DNA from: an uncultured Verrucomicrobiae bacterium
GTDB lineage: Bacteria; Verrucomicrobiota; Verrucomicrobiia; Limisphaerales; Palsa-1400
Reading direction: 5' to 3'
DNA: 64,000 nt
Assembly: GCA_963825315.1 (NCBI GenBank)
Contig: CAWGST010000001.1
Location: forward strand, 270,556 to 334,555
Shown here one piece after another: positions 1 through 11,300 of the stretch. How positions within the stretch are numbered: position 1 is the first letter of the stretch; each line of letters begins with the position of its first letter. Under the pieces are notes generated by a model. The model searched no databases, was not told the DNA's origin, and saw nothing but the letters and a program-made list of their open reading frames with translations. The translations under genes were made by a program, and so were the position numbers.

Positions 1-4
1 GGAG

Positions 5-505
5 ATGACGCAAAAGTTTTTCCAGACGGTGCAGAACAAGATGCACTGGGCGGCGCACGGCCACACGGCGGCGGAAATCATCGCCCAGCGCGCCGACGCC
101 GCGAAAGCGAACATGGGGTTGACAAACTGGCCGGGGCATCGTCCGCTCAAGGCGGACGCGGCCATCGCCAAGAATTATCTGGCGGAAGACGAATTGAAGG
201 CGTTGGACCGCATCGTGACGGCTTATCTCGAATTTGCCGAAGTTCAGGCGTTGAACCGGAAGTTGATGCACATGGCGGATTGGATTGCCAAACTGGATGA
301 TTTTCTGCGGCTGGGCGAGCGGGAGATTCTCACGCATGCGGGCAAGGTGTCGCATGAGAAAGCTTTGGCGAAGGCCGAGGCGGAATTTGAGAAATATCGC
401 GCCCTGGAGGCGGCCAGGCCGAGTCCGGTGGAAAAAGATTTCGCGGCCGCCGTCGAGCAGTTGAAGCAGTTGGAGAACAAGGCGAAACGAAAGAAGAAGC
501 CGTGA
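5..505 (+). CDS. RhuM-family protein, C-terminal part (probably 5'-truncated by the window edge)
   Basis: ORF 5..505. The translation (FFQTVQNKMHWAAHGHTAAEII...NMGLTNWPG...AKNYLAEDELKALDRIVTAYLEFAE) matches my recollection of the conserved C-terminal half of RhuM-type proteins. These usually sit inside type I R-M loci, and full-length members are about twice this length. Confidence 0.55.
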   Translation: MTQKFFQTVQNKMHWAAHGHTAAEIIAQRADAAKANMGLTNWPGHRPLKADAAIAKNYLAEDELKALDRIVTAYLEFAEVQALNRKLMHMADWIAKLDDFLRLGEREILTHAGKVSHEKALAKAEAEFEKYRALEAARPSPVEKDFAAAVEQLKQLENKAKRKKKP

Positions 506-1346
506 GCATCTGACCGAAACCGATGAGTTGCGCGATGAATTTTTGGCATCGGAAGCCCGGCTGAATTCTGCGTTCTCGCTGGTCAATCATTTGGCTGACT
601 GCATCGGCTACGCGGACGAAGTTGTGTTCTATCAGCTTCTCCGCAAGCAATTAAACAAGACGACATCCGGCCCGTCGCCCAAAGACGAACAAAAAGCCAA
701 GGCAGTGCGCGAGTTGCTGGATCGCAGCATCGAGAGCAAGGGCGTTGTGGACATTTTCGCCGCCGCCGGAATCGAGAAGGCGGACATTTCGATTCTTGAG
801 GAGAAGTTTCTTGAAGAGTTCAAGTCACATGAGCAGGAGAATCTGCGCCTCAAGCTGCTCGCGAAAATTCTCGCGGACGAAATCCGTGTGCGCGAGAAAA
901 TGAATCTGGCGAAATACCGGTCGTTCAAGGAAATGTTGGAAAAGACCCTCCAGAAATATCACAACCGGGCTATTCAGGCGGCGGATGTCGTGCGGGTGAT
1001 GATCGAAATCCGCAAGGACATTGATAATGAAGCCGCGCGGAGCCAGGCGTTGAACCTGAGTCCCGAAGAGATTGCATTTTACGACGCCGTGGCTGCCAAC
1101 GTGGGCACCCTGTTCGACGAAAAAACTCTTTGTGATTTGATCCGCGATGTTGTCCGGGCCGTGAAGAAGAATCTGAAGGTGGACTGGACGAAGCCTCACC
1201 GGGAAGACGTGAAAGCCGGGGTTCGGGCTGCTGTGAAAACTGTGCTAAGGAAACGCGGAGTGAAGAAAGAGCTTCTGGACGCCTTAACTGACAAGGTGAT
1301 TGTCCAGGCGGAAGCACTCTTCAAAGAATGGCCACTGGCGGCATAA
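465..1346 (+). pseudogene. Orphan C-terminal fragment of a type I restriction enzyme R subunit (HsdR tail / DUF3387-like)
   Basis: ORF 528..1346 (the frame opens at 465, after a TGA at 462-464). The sequence (EVVFYQLLRKQL...VVDIFAAAGIEKADISILEEKFLEEF...NLSPEEIAFYDAV...VDWTKPHREDVKAGVRAAVKTVLRKRG) is the helical C-terminal region of HsdR. No helicase or nuclease motifs are present. Confidence 0.55.
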
Positions 1347-1424
1347 CATGCCGTAAACGGGTCCCGCACAATCGCTTATATCGAGATTGACAGAAGGGCC
1401 AGGGTGGGGCTTTTTGTCTGCGCC

Positions 1425-2960
1425 ATGAACAATGCCGTGCCGCCTAAAGAACCGGTTGATCAGCTCATCCGCAAGGCCGATCCTTGCGTGATGGTCATTT
1501 TCGGAGCGACAGGCGATCTGACCAAACGAAAGCTCATTCCCGCCTTGTGCAATTTGGTGGCGGCCAAGTTGTTGCCGGACCAGTTCGCCGTCATCGGCGT
1601 GGCCATGAATGACCTGACCACGGAAAGTTTTCGCCAGCAGTTGAGCGAGGCGATAAAACAATTTGCCAGTTGCCCGATTACGCCGGAGTTGTGGGACTGG
1701 TTCGTGAAGCGGCTCTATTTTGTGCGCGGCGAATTCCAGGACCCGAAAACGTTCCAACAGCTCAAGGAGCAAATCGCCAGGGTGGAGAAGGAACAGGCCG
1801 TGCCGTCAAACCATCTTTATTACATGGCGGTGGCGCCGCAGTTTTTTGGCGAGGTGGTGCGGCAGCTCGGCGCGGCAGGTTTGGCGCGGGAGGATGACGG
1901 ACATTGGAAACGGGTCGTGATCGAGAAACCGTTCGGCCGCGATCTGGATTCGGCCAGGGCACTCAATGCCGAGATCAAACAAGCGCTGGAGGAACGGCAG
2001 ATTTACCGCATTGACCATTACCTGGGCAAGGAGACGGTCCAGAACATCATGATATTCCGTTTCGGCAACGGGATTTTCGAGCCGATTTGGAACCGGCGTT
2101 ACATTGATCATGTGCAGATCACGGCGGCGGAGACGGTCGGGGTCGAACTGCGGGGCGGTTACTACGAAACAGCGGGTGCGTTGCGCGACATGGTGCCGAA
2201 TCATCTTTTTCAATTGGTGTCACTCACGGCCATGGAACCGCCCATTTCATTTCAGGCCGACGCGGTGCGGGATGAACAAGCCAAGGCCTTGCACGCCATA
2301 CAAACGCCCTCGCCGGAAGAGGTGCTGACCATGGCGGTGCGCGGACAATATGGGCCAGGACAAATCGGAGACGCGCCGGCGGCGGCCTATCGCTTGGAGC
2401 CGAAGGTCGCGCCGGATTCGACCACCGAAACCTTTGCCGGGCTGAAATTGAAAATAGACAACTGGCGCTGGGCGGATGTGCCATTTTATCTGCGCACCGG
2501 AAAACGCCTGGCGGCGCGCACGACGGAGATTGCCATTCAGTTCAAGCGCGCGCCCTTCCAATTGTTTCGCGACACGCCGGTCGAAGCCCTGGAAACCAAC
2601 CGGCTGGTGCTCTATATTCAGCCGGAGGAAGGGCTTTCCCTGCGTTTCGGCGCGAAAATTCCCGGCCCGATCATGCACATGGGGCCGGTCGAGATGAAAT
2701 TCAACTACGTTGATTATTTTGGGCGGACGCCGAGCACGGGCTATGAACGATTGATTTATGACTGCATGATTGGCGACGCCACGCTCTTTCAACGGGCGGA
2801 CATGGTCGAGGCGGGGTGGAGCGTGATCACGCCGATTCTGGATGTATGGAAGGCGCTGCCGCCGCGCAGCTTTCCCAACTATGCCGCGGGCAGTTGGGGG
2901 CCGAAGGAAGCGGACGACTTGCTGGCGCGCGACGGGCGGCATTGGAGCAACATTGAATGA
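1425..2960 (+). CDS. zwf: Glucose-6-phosphate 1-dehydrogenase
   Basis: ORF 1404..2960. The first ATG is at 1425, with an alternative GTG at 1404. Carries the NADP-binding motif [14 protein letters not shown] and the active-site motif RIDHYLGKE. Length is typical for Zwf. Confidence 0.9.
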   Translation: MNNAVPPKEPVDQLIRKADPCVMVIFGATGDLTKRKLIPALCNLVAAKLLPDQFAVIGVAMNDLTTESFRQQLSEAIKQFASCPITPELWDWFVKRLYFVRGEFQDPKTFQQLKEQIARVEKEQAVPSNHLYYMAVAPQFFGEVVRQLGAAGLAREDDGHWKRVVIEKPFGRDLDSARALNAEIKQALEERQIYRIDHYLGKETVQNIMIFRFGNGIFEPIWNRRYIDHVQITAAETVGVELRGGYYETAGALRDMVPNHLFQLVSLTAMEPPISFQADAVRDEQAKALHAIQTPSPEEVLTMAVRGQYGPGQIGDAPAAAYRLEPKVAPDSTTETFAGLKLKIDNWRWADVPFYLRTGKRLAARTTEIAIQFKRAPFQLFRDTPVEALETNRLVLYIQPEEGLSLRFGAKIPGPIMHMGPVEMKFNYVDYFGRTPSTGYERLIYDCMIGDATLFQRADMVEAGWSVITPILDVWKALPPRSFPNYAAGSWGPKEADDLLARDGRHWSNIE

Positions 2961-3649
2961 AAGTCCTTGTTCTCGACGTTGGCGGGACGCATGTCAAGTT
3001 GCTGGCAACCGGGCATAGAACCCGGCTGGAATTTGATTCCGGGCCGGATTTGACCGCGAAAAAAATGGTGGCGGAGGTGAAAAAGGCGGCGGCACAGGCG
3101 GGATGGAAATACAACGCGATCTCGATGGGGTATCCGGGGCCTGTCCTGCATGACCGGCCTGTCATGGAACCGCACAATCTTGGCAAAGGATGGGTCGGGT
3201 TTGATTTCCGCCGGGCCTTTGGCTGCCCGGTCAAAATTATTAACGACGCAGCCATGCAGGCGGCGGGCAGTTATGCCGGGGGACGGATGTTGTTTCTCGG
3301 CCTGGGGACGGGGCTGGGCACGGCGCTGATTGTGGATTCGGTGGTGGAGCCGATGGAGCTGGCGCATCTGCCCTACAAAAAGGGGCGCACTTATGAGGAT
3401 TACGCCGGCCTGAAAGGATTGAAACGGTTGGGCCGCAAGAAATGGCGCAGGGAAGTGGCGGAGGTGGTCAAACTGCTCAAGGCGGCCACCCAGGCCGATT
3501 ACGCGGTCCTGGGCGGAGGCAATGCGCGGCTGCTCAAGAAACTCCCCCCCAAGACGCGCCTGGGCGATAACAACAACGCGTTCCGCGGCGGTTTTCGCCT
3601 CTGGCAAAATGCAAAATCCCGCCCGGGACGGAAACCATTTGTCCATTAA
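2957..3649 (+). CDS. ROK-family / polyphosphate-glucokinase-like sugar kinase
   Basis: 230-aa ORF. The N-terminus [10 protein letters not shown] is an ATPase phosphate-1 motif, and the protein also has INDAAMQA and GLGTGLG motifs. Its ATG overlaps the zwf stop (ATGA at 2957-2960). Confidence 0.75.
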   Translation: MKVLVLDVGGTHVKLLATGHRTRLEFDSGPDLTAKKMVAEVKKAAAQAGWKYNAISMGYPGPVLHDRPVMEPHNLGKGWVGFDFRRAFGCPVKIINDAAMQAAGSYAGGRMLFLGLGTGLGTALIVDSVVEPMELAHLPYKKGRTYEDYAGLKGLKRLGRKKWRREVAEVVKLLKAATQADYAVLGGGNARLLKKLPPKTRLGDNNNAFRGGFRLWQNAKSRPGRKPFVH

Positions 3650-3652
3650 GAA

Positions 3653-3724
3653 GATTGGGATTAGGATTAGGATTAGGATTAGGATTAAGATTAAGATTAG
3701 GATTAGGATTAGGATTAAGATTAG
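3653..3724. repeat. Tandem hexamer array (GATTGG/GATTAG/GATTAA) x12
   Basis: Read directly: gattgg gattag x4 gattaa x2 gattag x3 gattaa gattag. It fills the gap between the kinase stop (3649) and the HAD start (3743). ORF 3522..3746 (IRIRIRIKIK...) is just its translation. Confidence 0.95.
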
Positions 3725-3742
3725 GAGGGGTTACCCAGAAAC

Positions 3743-4459
3743 ATGAAATCCACCATGAGAAAGAGGAAGGCGGCGCGGCCGCGGGTTGTTTTTTTGTTTG
3801 ACGTGGATAACACATTGCTCGACAACGACCAGGTCGCCGTGGATTTGCAGAAGCATCTGGCGCGGGAAGTGGGCGCCGGCGGCGCGAGGCGTTACTGGGC
3901 ATTGTTTGAAGAGTTGCGGCACCGGTTGGGCTACGCCGATTACCTGGGCGCGTTGCAGCGGTATCGCATCGAATATCCGCATGATTTGCGGCTGCTGACG
4001 GTTTCGCGGTTTTTGATAGACTATCCATTTGCCAACCGGCTCTATGCCAATTCCCTGGATGCCATCGCCCATGTCCAGCGCTGGGGACTGGCGGCGTTGC
4101 TGACCGACGGCGATGTCGTTTTCCAACCGCGCAAGGTGGATCGCTCGGGACTTTCCGAGGCGGTCGGCGGCCGGGTGATGATTTACGTCCACAAGGAACG
4201 GGAACTGGCCGACGTGGCGCGACGCCATCCGGCGGAGCATTATGTGATGGTAGATGACAAGTTGCGGATTCTGGCCGCGATAAAAAAGATCTGGCGCAGG
4301 CGTGTGACCACGGTATTCGTACGGCAAGGGCATTACGCCCTGGACCCGGCCCTCGTGGCCAGCTCTCCGCCGGCGGACATGACGATCGAACACATCGGCG
4401 ACTTGCTCAGTTACAACCTGAGCGGCGTCCTGCGGGCCGCGCAACCCACGGCAAAATGA
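3743..4459 (+). CDS. HAD-superfamily hydrolase
   Basis: 238-aa ORF with HAD motif I FLFDVDNTLLDND near the N-terminus. AGGAGG at 3723-3728 lies upstream. The stop overlaps the next start (ATGA). Confidence 0.7.
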   Translation: MKSTMRKRKAARPRVVFLFDVDNTLLDNDQVAVDLQKHLAREVGAGGARRYWALFEELRHRLGYADYLGALQRYRIEYPHDLRLLTVSRFLIDYPFANRLYANSLDAIAHVQRWGLAALLTDGDVVFQPRKVDRSGLSEAVGGRVMIYVHKERELADVARRHPAEHYVMVDDKLRILAAIKKIWRRRVTTVFVRQGHYALDPALVASSPPADMTIEHIGDLLSYNLSGVLRAAQPTAK

Positions 4460-6837
4460 ATATAACGGAAAACAGCACGGCCTTCGGCGCGCCGGGGATC
4501 GAGCCTCGCTGGACCTCCAGCGCCAAGGAGGGATTCGGCACGGCCTATCACACCAGTTGCCGGCTCTGGTTCACCCTGAGCCACGGCATTGTCAACGAGA
4601 TTTATTATCCGTCGGTTGATCAGCCCAACACGCGCGATTTTCAATATCTGATCAGCGACGGCGAATCCTTCTGCCATGAGGAAAAGAGCGACCTGGACCA
4701 TGAGATGGAATATCCGGAGAAGGGCTGCCTTTTTTACCGGCTGACCAATTCGGAGCGCAACGGCCGCTACCGGGTGATCAAACACATATTGACAGACCCG
4801 CACCGCTCGGCGCTGCTCATCCGCACCAAACTGGAGATACAGGACAAAACGCTGCGGGGCAAACTGCGGCTCTACGCGCTGCTGGCGCCGCACATGGAAC
4901 GTTGCGGCGCGGGCAATTCCGGCCGCCGCACGGAAATCAGCGGGAGCAAACTGCTGCACGCGCAACGGGGCAATTTTCACCTGGTTATGGGATGCACGAC
5001 GCATTTTTCGCGGATGTCGGCCGGCTACGCCGGCGCCAGCGACGGCTGGCAGGATTTGCGCAATTTTAAAATGGACTGGGAGTTCGCCTCGGCCGAAAAC
5101 GGCAATATTGCATTGACAGGAGAGATCGACCCGCGGCGGGGGGAAGAATTCACGGTGGTCATTGCCCTGGGCCAAAGCTATCCGAGCGCGGCGGCCAAGT
5201 TGTTGCAATCGCTGGCGGACCCTTTTGAGAAACACCGGGAAACCTACGTGCGGCAATGGAAGCGCACGGTGGTGGACGCGGCGCATGAATTCCACGAAGA
5301 CACCGGCGATGGCGGTTCCACCTACCGGCTCAGCCGCTGCATCCTGCTGGCGCATGAGGACAAGGTCTTCGAAGGCGCCATCGTCGCCTCGATGAGCATT
5401 CCGTGGGGCGAGACAAAAGGGGACAATGACCTGGGAGGGTACCATCTGGTGTGGACGCGCGATCTGGTGCAAAGCGCGACCGCGCTGCTGGCCACGGGCC
5501 AGACGGCCACTCCTTTGCGCGCCATGATCTGGCTGGCGGTCATCCAGCGGCCGGACGGGAGTTTTCCGCAGAATAGCTGGATCAACGGGCGCATGTATTG
5601 GGCCGGATTGCAATTGGATGAAATCGCCGCGCCCATTCTGCTGGCCTGGCGCTTGCGGCGGGAAGGCGTGCGCCTCGGCCAATGCGATCCGTGCATGATG
5701 ATCCGGCGGGCGGCGGCCTTTCTGCTGTTGGAAGGGCCGGTCACGGCGCAGGACCGCTGGGAGGAAAATGCGGGTTACTCGCCCTCCACACTGGCCACGA
5801 TCATCGCCGGGCTAGTCTGCGCGGCGGATTTCGCCCCCCTGGAAGCGGACAAGGAATTTATTCTGGCTTATGCCGACTGGCTCGAAGCGCACATCGAAGA
5901 TTGGACGGTGACGACGCGCGGGGAGTTGGCCGAGGATTTTCCGCGCCATTACGTTCGCATCAACCCGACCGATCCCATCACGCCCGATCCGCACGCCGAC
6001 CCCAATACGACAATGATTCAAATTGCCAACGGCGGCGGGCTGCATGAGGCGCGCAACGTCGTGGGCGGGGATTTTCTGCACTTGGTGCGTTATGGGATAC
6101 GGGCAGCGAGCGATTCGATCGTGCGCTCTTCCCTTGAGGTGATCGACCGCGTGTTGAAGCGGGACTTGCCGCAAGGGCCGTGCTGGCGCCGTTATAATCA
6201 CGACGGCTACGGACAAAAGCCGGACGGCGGCGCTTTCGACGGGACCGGGGAAGGCCGGTCGTGGCCGATTCTGACCGGCGAACGCGGGCATTATGAATTG
6301 GAGGCGGGACAAGATCCGATGCCGTTCATCAAAGCGATGGAAGCCTTTGGCAACCAGGGCGGAATGATATCCGAACAGCTCTGGGACGCCGATGATCTGC
6401 CCAATGACAAAATGAAAAAAGGGCGTCCGACCGGGGCGGCGATGCCGTTGTGCTGGTCGCACGCGGAATACATCTCGCTGGTGCGGAGCCGGCATGACGG
6501 GGTCTGTTTTGATCGGATTGAACCGGCCTACCAACGTTATGTGGCCAAGCCGGTGACTCACCGGCACGAGATGTGGACGTTGCGCCATCAGATCCGGCGC
6601 ATACCACGCAAGAAAATATTGCGGGTCATCCTTGCCGACGCCGCGGCCATTATATGGTCGGCGGACCAGTGGGCAACCACCAACAACATGGAGACGGCCC
6701 GGAACGAGGCGCTCAATTTGTGGTCTGCGGATTTTGCCACTGAAAACTTGCCCCAGGGCGCGGTGCTGGAGTTTACTTTCTTCTGGAAGAAGACCCAGCG
6801 GTGGGAAGGGCGAAATTTTGCGGTGACCATCGAGTAA
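4456..6837 (+). CDS. GH15 glucoamylase / glucodextranase-like glycoside hydrolase
   Basis: 793-aa ORF. The N-terminal FGAPGIEPRWTSSAKEG...VNEIYYPSVDQPNTRDFQYLISDG is typical of the bacterial glucoamylase N-domain. The central region WGETKGDNDLGGYHLVWTRDL...DRWEENAGYSPSTLA matches the GH15 (alpha/alpha)6 catalytic region. Confidence 0.85.
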   Translation: MNITENSTAFGAPGIEPRWTSSAKEGFGTAYHTSCRLWFTLSHGIVNEIYYPSVDQPNTRDFQYLISDGESFCHEEKSDLDHEMEYPEKGCLFYRLTNSERNGRYRVIKHILTDPHRSALLIRTKLEIQDKTLRGKLRLYALLAPHMERCGAGNSGRRTEISGSKLLHAQRGNFHLVMGCTTHFSRMSAGYAGASDGWQDLRNFKMDWEFASAENGNIALTGEIDPRRGEEFTVVIALGQSYPSAAAKLLQSLADPFEKHRETYVRQWKRTVVDAAHEFHEDTGDGGSTYRLSRCILLAHEDKVFEGAIVASMSIPWGETKGDNDLGGYHLVWTRDLVQSATALLATGQTATPLRAMIWLAVIQRPDGSFPQNSWINGRMYWAGLQLDEIAAPILLAWRLRREGVRLGQCDPCMMIRRAAAFLLLEGPVTAQDRWEENAGYSPSTLATIIAGLVCAADFAPLEADKEFILAYADWLEAHIEDWTVTTRGELAEDFPRHYVRINPTDPITPDPHADPNTTMIQIANGGGLHEARNVVGGDFLHLVRYGIRAASDSIVRSSLEVIDRVLKRDLPQGPCWRRYNHDGYGQKPDGGAFDGTGEGRSWPILTGERGHYELEAGQDPMPFIKAMEAFGNQGGMISEQLWDADDLPNDKMKKGRPTGAAMPLCWSHAEYISLVRSRHDGVCFDRIEPAYQRYVAKPVTHRHEMWTLRHQIRRIPRKKILRVILADAAAIIWSADQWATTNNMETARNEALNLWSADFATENLPQGAVLEFTFFWKKTQRWEGRNFAVTIE

Positions 6838-7529
6838 TGGACCAACGACATCACGTGACAGCGGAAGCGGTCGGATCCAGTCAACGCCGAATGACGGTCT
6901 GTTATGCCGCCGGGTGGCATTTTTTCCGGTTTTATTTCTCGGTTTATCATCGCTTCCGGGTGTTTAACGCTGAGCGAGTGCCGTTGCAAGGGCCGGTCAT
7001 CCTGGCGTCCAATCACGCCAGTTATATCGATCCGCCCCTGGTGGGCGCGGGCGTGAGACGGCAGATCAACTATCTGGCGCGTGATTCCATTTTTCGCGTG
7101 CCGGTGTTGGCCTCCATCCTGCGCTCGTGGGAAGTTGTGCCGGTGGACCGGGACGGCGGCACCGGGCGGGGCCTCAAGGCGATACTGGAGCGATTGGGCC
7201 GCGGCGGGGCGATCATTTTGTTCCCGGAAGGAACGCGCTCGCGGCACGGGGAATTGAACCCGGCGCGCTCCGGGGTGGGTTTGGCGGTGATCAAATCCAC
7301 CGCGCCGGTGGTGCCGGCGAGGGTTTTTGGAACGTACGCGGCCTATGGCGCGCAAATGCTCGTGCCGCGGCCCCGTCCGCTGGCTGTCAAGTATGGCCGT
7401 CCGCTGTATTTTGAGGCGTTGCGGGCGGAGGCGCAAAGCTGCTCCAAACAGCGCTTGAAGGAGATTTACCAACAGGTGGCGGATGAGGTCATGGCAGCGA
7501 TTGCCGGCCTCGAACCGAAAGAAGATTGA
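6837..7529 (+). CDS. plsC: 1-acyl-sn-glycerol-3-phosphate acyltransferase
   Basis: Carries acyltransferase motifs NHASYIDPP and FPEGTRS. The likely ATG at 6837 overlaps the TAA of the GH15 gene (TAATG). ORF-track start is 6801. Confidence 0.8.
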   Translation: MDQRHHVTAEAVGSSQRRMTVCYAAGWHFFRFYFSVYHRFRVFNAERVPLQGPVILASNHASYIDPPLVGAGVRRQINYLARDSIFRVPVLASILRSWEVVPVDRDGGTGRGLKAILERLGRGGAIILFPEGTRSRHGELNPARSGVGLAVIKSTAPVVPARVFGTYAAYGAQMLVPRPRPLAVKYGRPLYFEALRAEAQSCSKQRLKEIYQQVADEVMAAIAGLEPKED

Positions 7530-8291
7530 TGATGAAAGCTGTCATTTTGGCGGCAGGCAAGGGAACGCGCATGGGCGGGTTGACCAGCGACCTGCCAAAA
7601 CCGATGCTGCGCGCGCAGGGCAAACCGATCCTGGAACATATTCTGGAAGGTTTGATGGAGGCCGGGGTGCGGGATTTTTTTATCGTCACCGGCTTTCGCG
7701 CCGAAGTGGTTGAAGGCCATTTCGGCGATGGAAAAAAATGGGGCGCCCGGATCAATTACGGCCGGCAGAGGGTGCAGGACGGGACGGGCAAAGCGCCTGA
7801 AGTGGCAAAGGAATTCGTCGGAAGCGGCGATTTTGTCCTGACTTACGGAGATATTCTGGTCCGGCCGCAAACTTACCAGGACATGCTGCGGCGCTATGCG
7901 GAGGGAACTTTTTCCGGAACTGGTCACCTGCACGGGAAGCGAGGATGTGACCCAAGGCGGACTCCTCCTTTTCGACAAGGCCTTCCGCCTGCGCCGCCTG
8001 ATTGAAAAGCCCGGCCCGGCCCAACTGGACCAACTCCGCCGCGAAGGCGACCTGCCGCCGGGAAGCACCGCCTGGTATAACGCGGGCATCTACATTTTCA
8101 AGCCGTCATTGTTCGACTTTACAGCCCGGCTGCAAAAGTCGCCGCGCGGCGAGTACGAATTGACCGACGCGATCAGCGCGATGCTGGCGGCGGGCCATCG
8201 TTTGGCGGGATTGGAAATCCAGGGGCGCTGGGTGGATGTGCGCGACCCGCAAGTGCTGGCGGCGCTGGAAAAAGAAGCCAGTTCATCATAA
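7529..8291 (+). pseudogene. Sugar-phosphate nucleotidyltransferase, reading frame broken near 7905-7925
   Basis: The N-terminal ORF (7526..8005) carries KAVILAAGKGTRMGGLTSDLPKPML. The conserved continuation ELVTCTGSEDVTQGGLLLFD...WYNAGIYIFKPSLFDF...EYELTDAI lies in the +1 frame (ORF 7896..8291). The tail of the first frame (GHLHGKRGCDPRRTPP...) looks non-coding. Confidence 0.7.
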
Positions 8292-8397
8292 GTTGAATCG
8301 GCACGGATGTCAGGCGCGAAAGCAGATATGTTCGGGCCATGCTTGTTCGGGGCGGCAGCAATTCCGGTCTTGCGATTGGGCCGCTTCTGTTTGCACC

Positions 8398-11300
8398 ATG
8401 TCCCCAATGAGCCGCGCCATGCCAGCGATAGTCAATTCCGTTTCCTTGTCTTTGAGGATCGGCCGCCTTGGTCTGGCTTTGGCTCTTTGGTTTGCCGGCC
8501 AGCCTCCAAGCGTCGCGCTGGCCGCTCTGCCAAGATACTTTGTCCGTAATTTGGTGGTGGAGGACGGCTTGCCGGAGGACTCCGTGTCCTCCACCCTGCA
8601 GACTGACGACGGCTATCTATGGGTTGGCACTTATAGCGGCCTGGCCAGATTTGATGGCGTGCGCTTCACCGTGTTTGACAGCGGCAACACCCCGGAACTG
8701 GCCAGCAGCCGCATCTCCAGTCTCTTTCAGGACAAGCAGGGAACTCTGTGGATCGGACACGAGGGCGGGGAATTGACCCGCTATGACAAGAACGGACATT
8801 TCCACCCGGAGGCGGTGCGCGCCTCGTGGAAGGGACGGAAGATTTTCGGCATTGCCGCTGATCAGGGCGGGGACATCTGGCTGGTCAATGATCTGGGAGT
8901 GCTGGGGCGTGTGAAGGATGGAGCGGTTGCCTCCCCTGTGGCTGGCCGACGGGAAAAACTGGTTGGATTTGCGGGTGCTTTTGACGGATCGGTCTGGGTC
9001 ACACGTGACGGCTATGCCTCCATTCTGCGCCGCGGCGTCTTGACTTCGCAGCAACTCGACGGGCCGCCCGAGGAATCGTATGTCCAGGGGATTTGCCCAA
9101 GCCGCGACGGCAATCTGTGGGTGGCCAGCAAAAACCTTGTGCGCAAATGGAATGGGACAAGGTGGGTTGACGGCGGAATGCCAGCGCCTTGGAAGGATTC
9201 GCCGCTGACCGCGTTCATTGAAACTCAGACCGGGTTGCTGGCGGTGGGGACTCAGGACAAGGGACTTTATTTGATCAGTCCCGAGCATGATACGCTGAAC
9301 TTCAGCCGCACCAATGGCTTGCTCAATGATTGGATACGGAGTTTATGGTCCGACCGGGAAGGCAATTTATGGGTGGCAACCGGGGGCGGAGGCGTGGCCA
9401 TCCTCTGCGCGAGCTGTGTGGCGGCGGTTAATCCACCTGATCAGTGGCAGGGACGCTCAGTATTATCGGTTTGCTCAGGCCGTGATGGCGGGGTATGGAT
9501 CGGCACCGAGGGCGCAGGTTTGTATCAGTTCAAGGACGGGCAATGGTCACATTTTGGCACGAACGACGGATTGATGAATTTGTTTGTCTGGTCCGTGGCG
9601 GAGGATGCGGACAGGCATCTTTGGGCAGGCACTTGGGGCGCCGGCTTGTTCGTCCAGAACAATGGCCTCATCAAACGCGCGCCGGGACTTGGGGGGATCA
9701 CCGTGCCGATGCCGGCACTCTTGTGCATCCGGGGAGGCGGCTTATGGGTGGGGACGGAGGCGGGGTTGCTGCGCTACGATGGAACGAATGGCGCCTGGCT
9801 TGGACAGAACCGGGAATCTATCCGAACGGACGTGCGCGCCATCGTGGAAGACAGCCAGGGGACGGTTTGGTTCGGCATGTTGGGTGGAGGACTGGCCCGC
9901 TTAAGGGATGGGGAATTGCAACATTTTGGCAAGGCCGATGGTCTCTCCAGTGATTTCGTCCAGTGTCTCCATCTCGATGCCGAAGGCGCGCTCTGGATTG
10001 GAACCTTTGGCGGCGGTCTGAACCGATTGAAAAACGGCAAAATCACAGCCATTACCGTGCGCCAGGGATTGCCTAATAATATCATTGGTTGCATTATGGA
10101 CGACGGGAGTGGCAGCTATTGGATGAGTTCCCACGCCGGCATTATCCGCGCGGCCAGGCAGGAATTGGATCTATGCGCGGACGGCAGAATCAATTTGGTT
10201 CATTGCTCCTCCTTTGGCAAAAGCGACGGACTGCCAACACTGGAGTGTTCCACCGGGTTCCAGCCGGCGGGATGCAAAACACGCGACGGGCGGCTCTGGT
10301 TTCCGACCGGCAAAGGCCTGGTCGCCGTGGATCCGAAGGACATCCACGTCAACAGCCGTCCCCCGCCAGTCGTGGTTGAGGAGGTGCGAGTGGATGGCCG
10401 CGCCTTCGCCACCCGCGCCACCACAGAGGAACCATTACGGATTGCGCCGGGCCAGCACCGGATTGAAATTGACTACACGGCCTTGAGTTTTGTCGCCCCG
10501 GAAAAAGTGCGTTTCCAATATCAACTGTCAGGATTGGAGACCAATTGGGAGGAAGCCGGAACCAGGCGCGGCGCCGATTTCACCTTCCTGCCACCGGGCA
10601 GTTACATTTTTCACGTCATTGCCTGCAACAACGACGGGATCTGGAACACCAGGGGAGCTGAGTTCGCCTTCCAGATCCTCCCGCACTTCTGGCAAACCTC
10701 CTGGTTTCTAGTCTTGTCAGCAGCGGCGATCATGGCCGGCGCCGCGCCGGAGTCCACCTGGACGCCCGCCGTCGCCTGCGCCGCAGGCTGGAACTGCTGG
10801 AACGACAGCGGGCCGTCGAACGCGAGCGCTCCCGCATCGCCCGCGACATCCACGACGATCTCGGCGCCACTCTGACCCGCATCTCACTCTTGAGCGACGC
10901 CATCCCGACCGAGCTGGTCAGCCCGCCCCAGGCGGGTGAGGCCCTGAGCCGGATTTTTGCCACCAGCCGCCAATTGGTGCAGGCCCTGGACGAGATCGTC
11001 TGGGCTGTCAATCCCAAATTTGACACCCTGGAAAGCCTGGCCAGCTACCTCGGGAATTTCGCGCAGGATTTGTTGGAGACGGCCGGGATCCGCTGCCGCT
11101 TGGACATGCCGGTGCAGCTACCCGTCCGCCCTTTGACGACCGAAGTGCGGCACGTCATCTTCCTGGCGTTCAAGGAAGCATTGAACAACGTGCTCAAACA
11201 CGCCGCCGCCACCGAGGTCACGGCATCGCTTGCCCTTGAAGCCGACGCGCTTGTTCTCTCGGTGGAAGACAACGGCAAGGGCTTCACTCCCCCGGCTGCG

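Noticed and set aside
3522-3746. 74-aa ORF ending in IGIRIRIRIRIKIKIRIRIRIKI
   Set aside because: It is simply the translation of the GATTAR hexamer array plus the 3' end of the kinase gene read in another frame. It is not a gene.
4411-5682. 423-aa minus-strand ORF antisense to the GH15 glucoamylase gene
   Set aside because: It has the typical long shadow-ORF composition of high-G+C DNA (R/A/G/P-rich) and no recognisable motifs. It fully overlaps a well-supported gene on the other strand.
8236-8397. Upstream extension of the sensor kinase ORF (start 8236)
   Set aside because: It overlaps the end of the nucleotidyltransferase gene and encodes Cys/Arg-rich junk. The ATG at 8398 precedes a plausible signal/TM segment.
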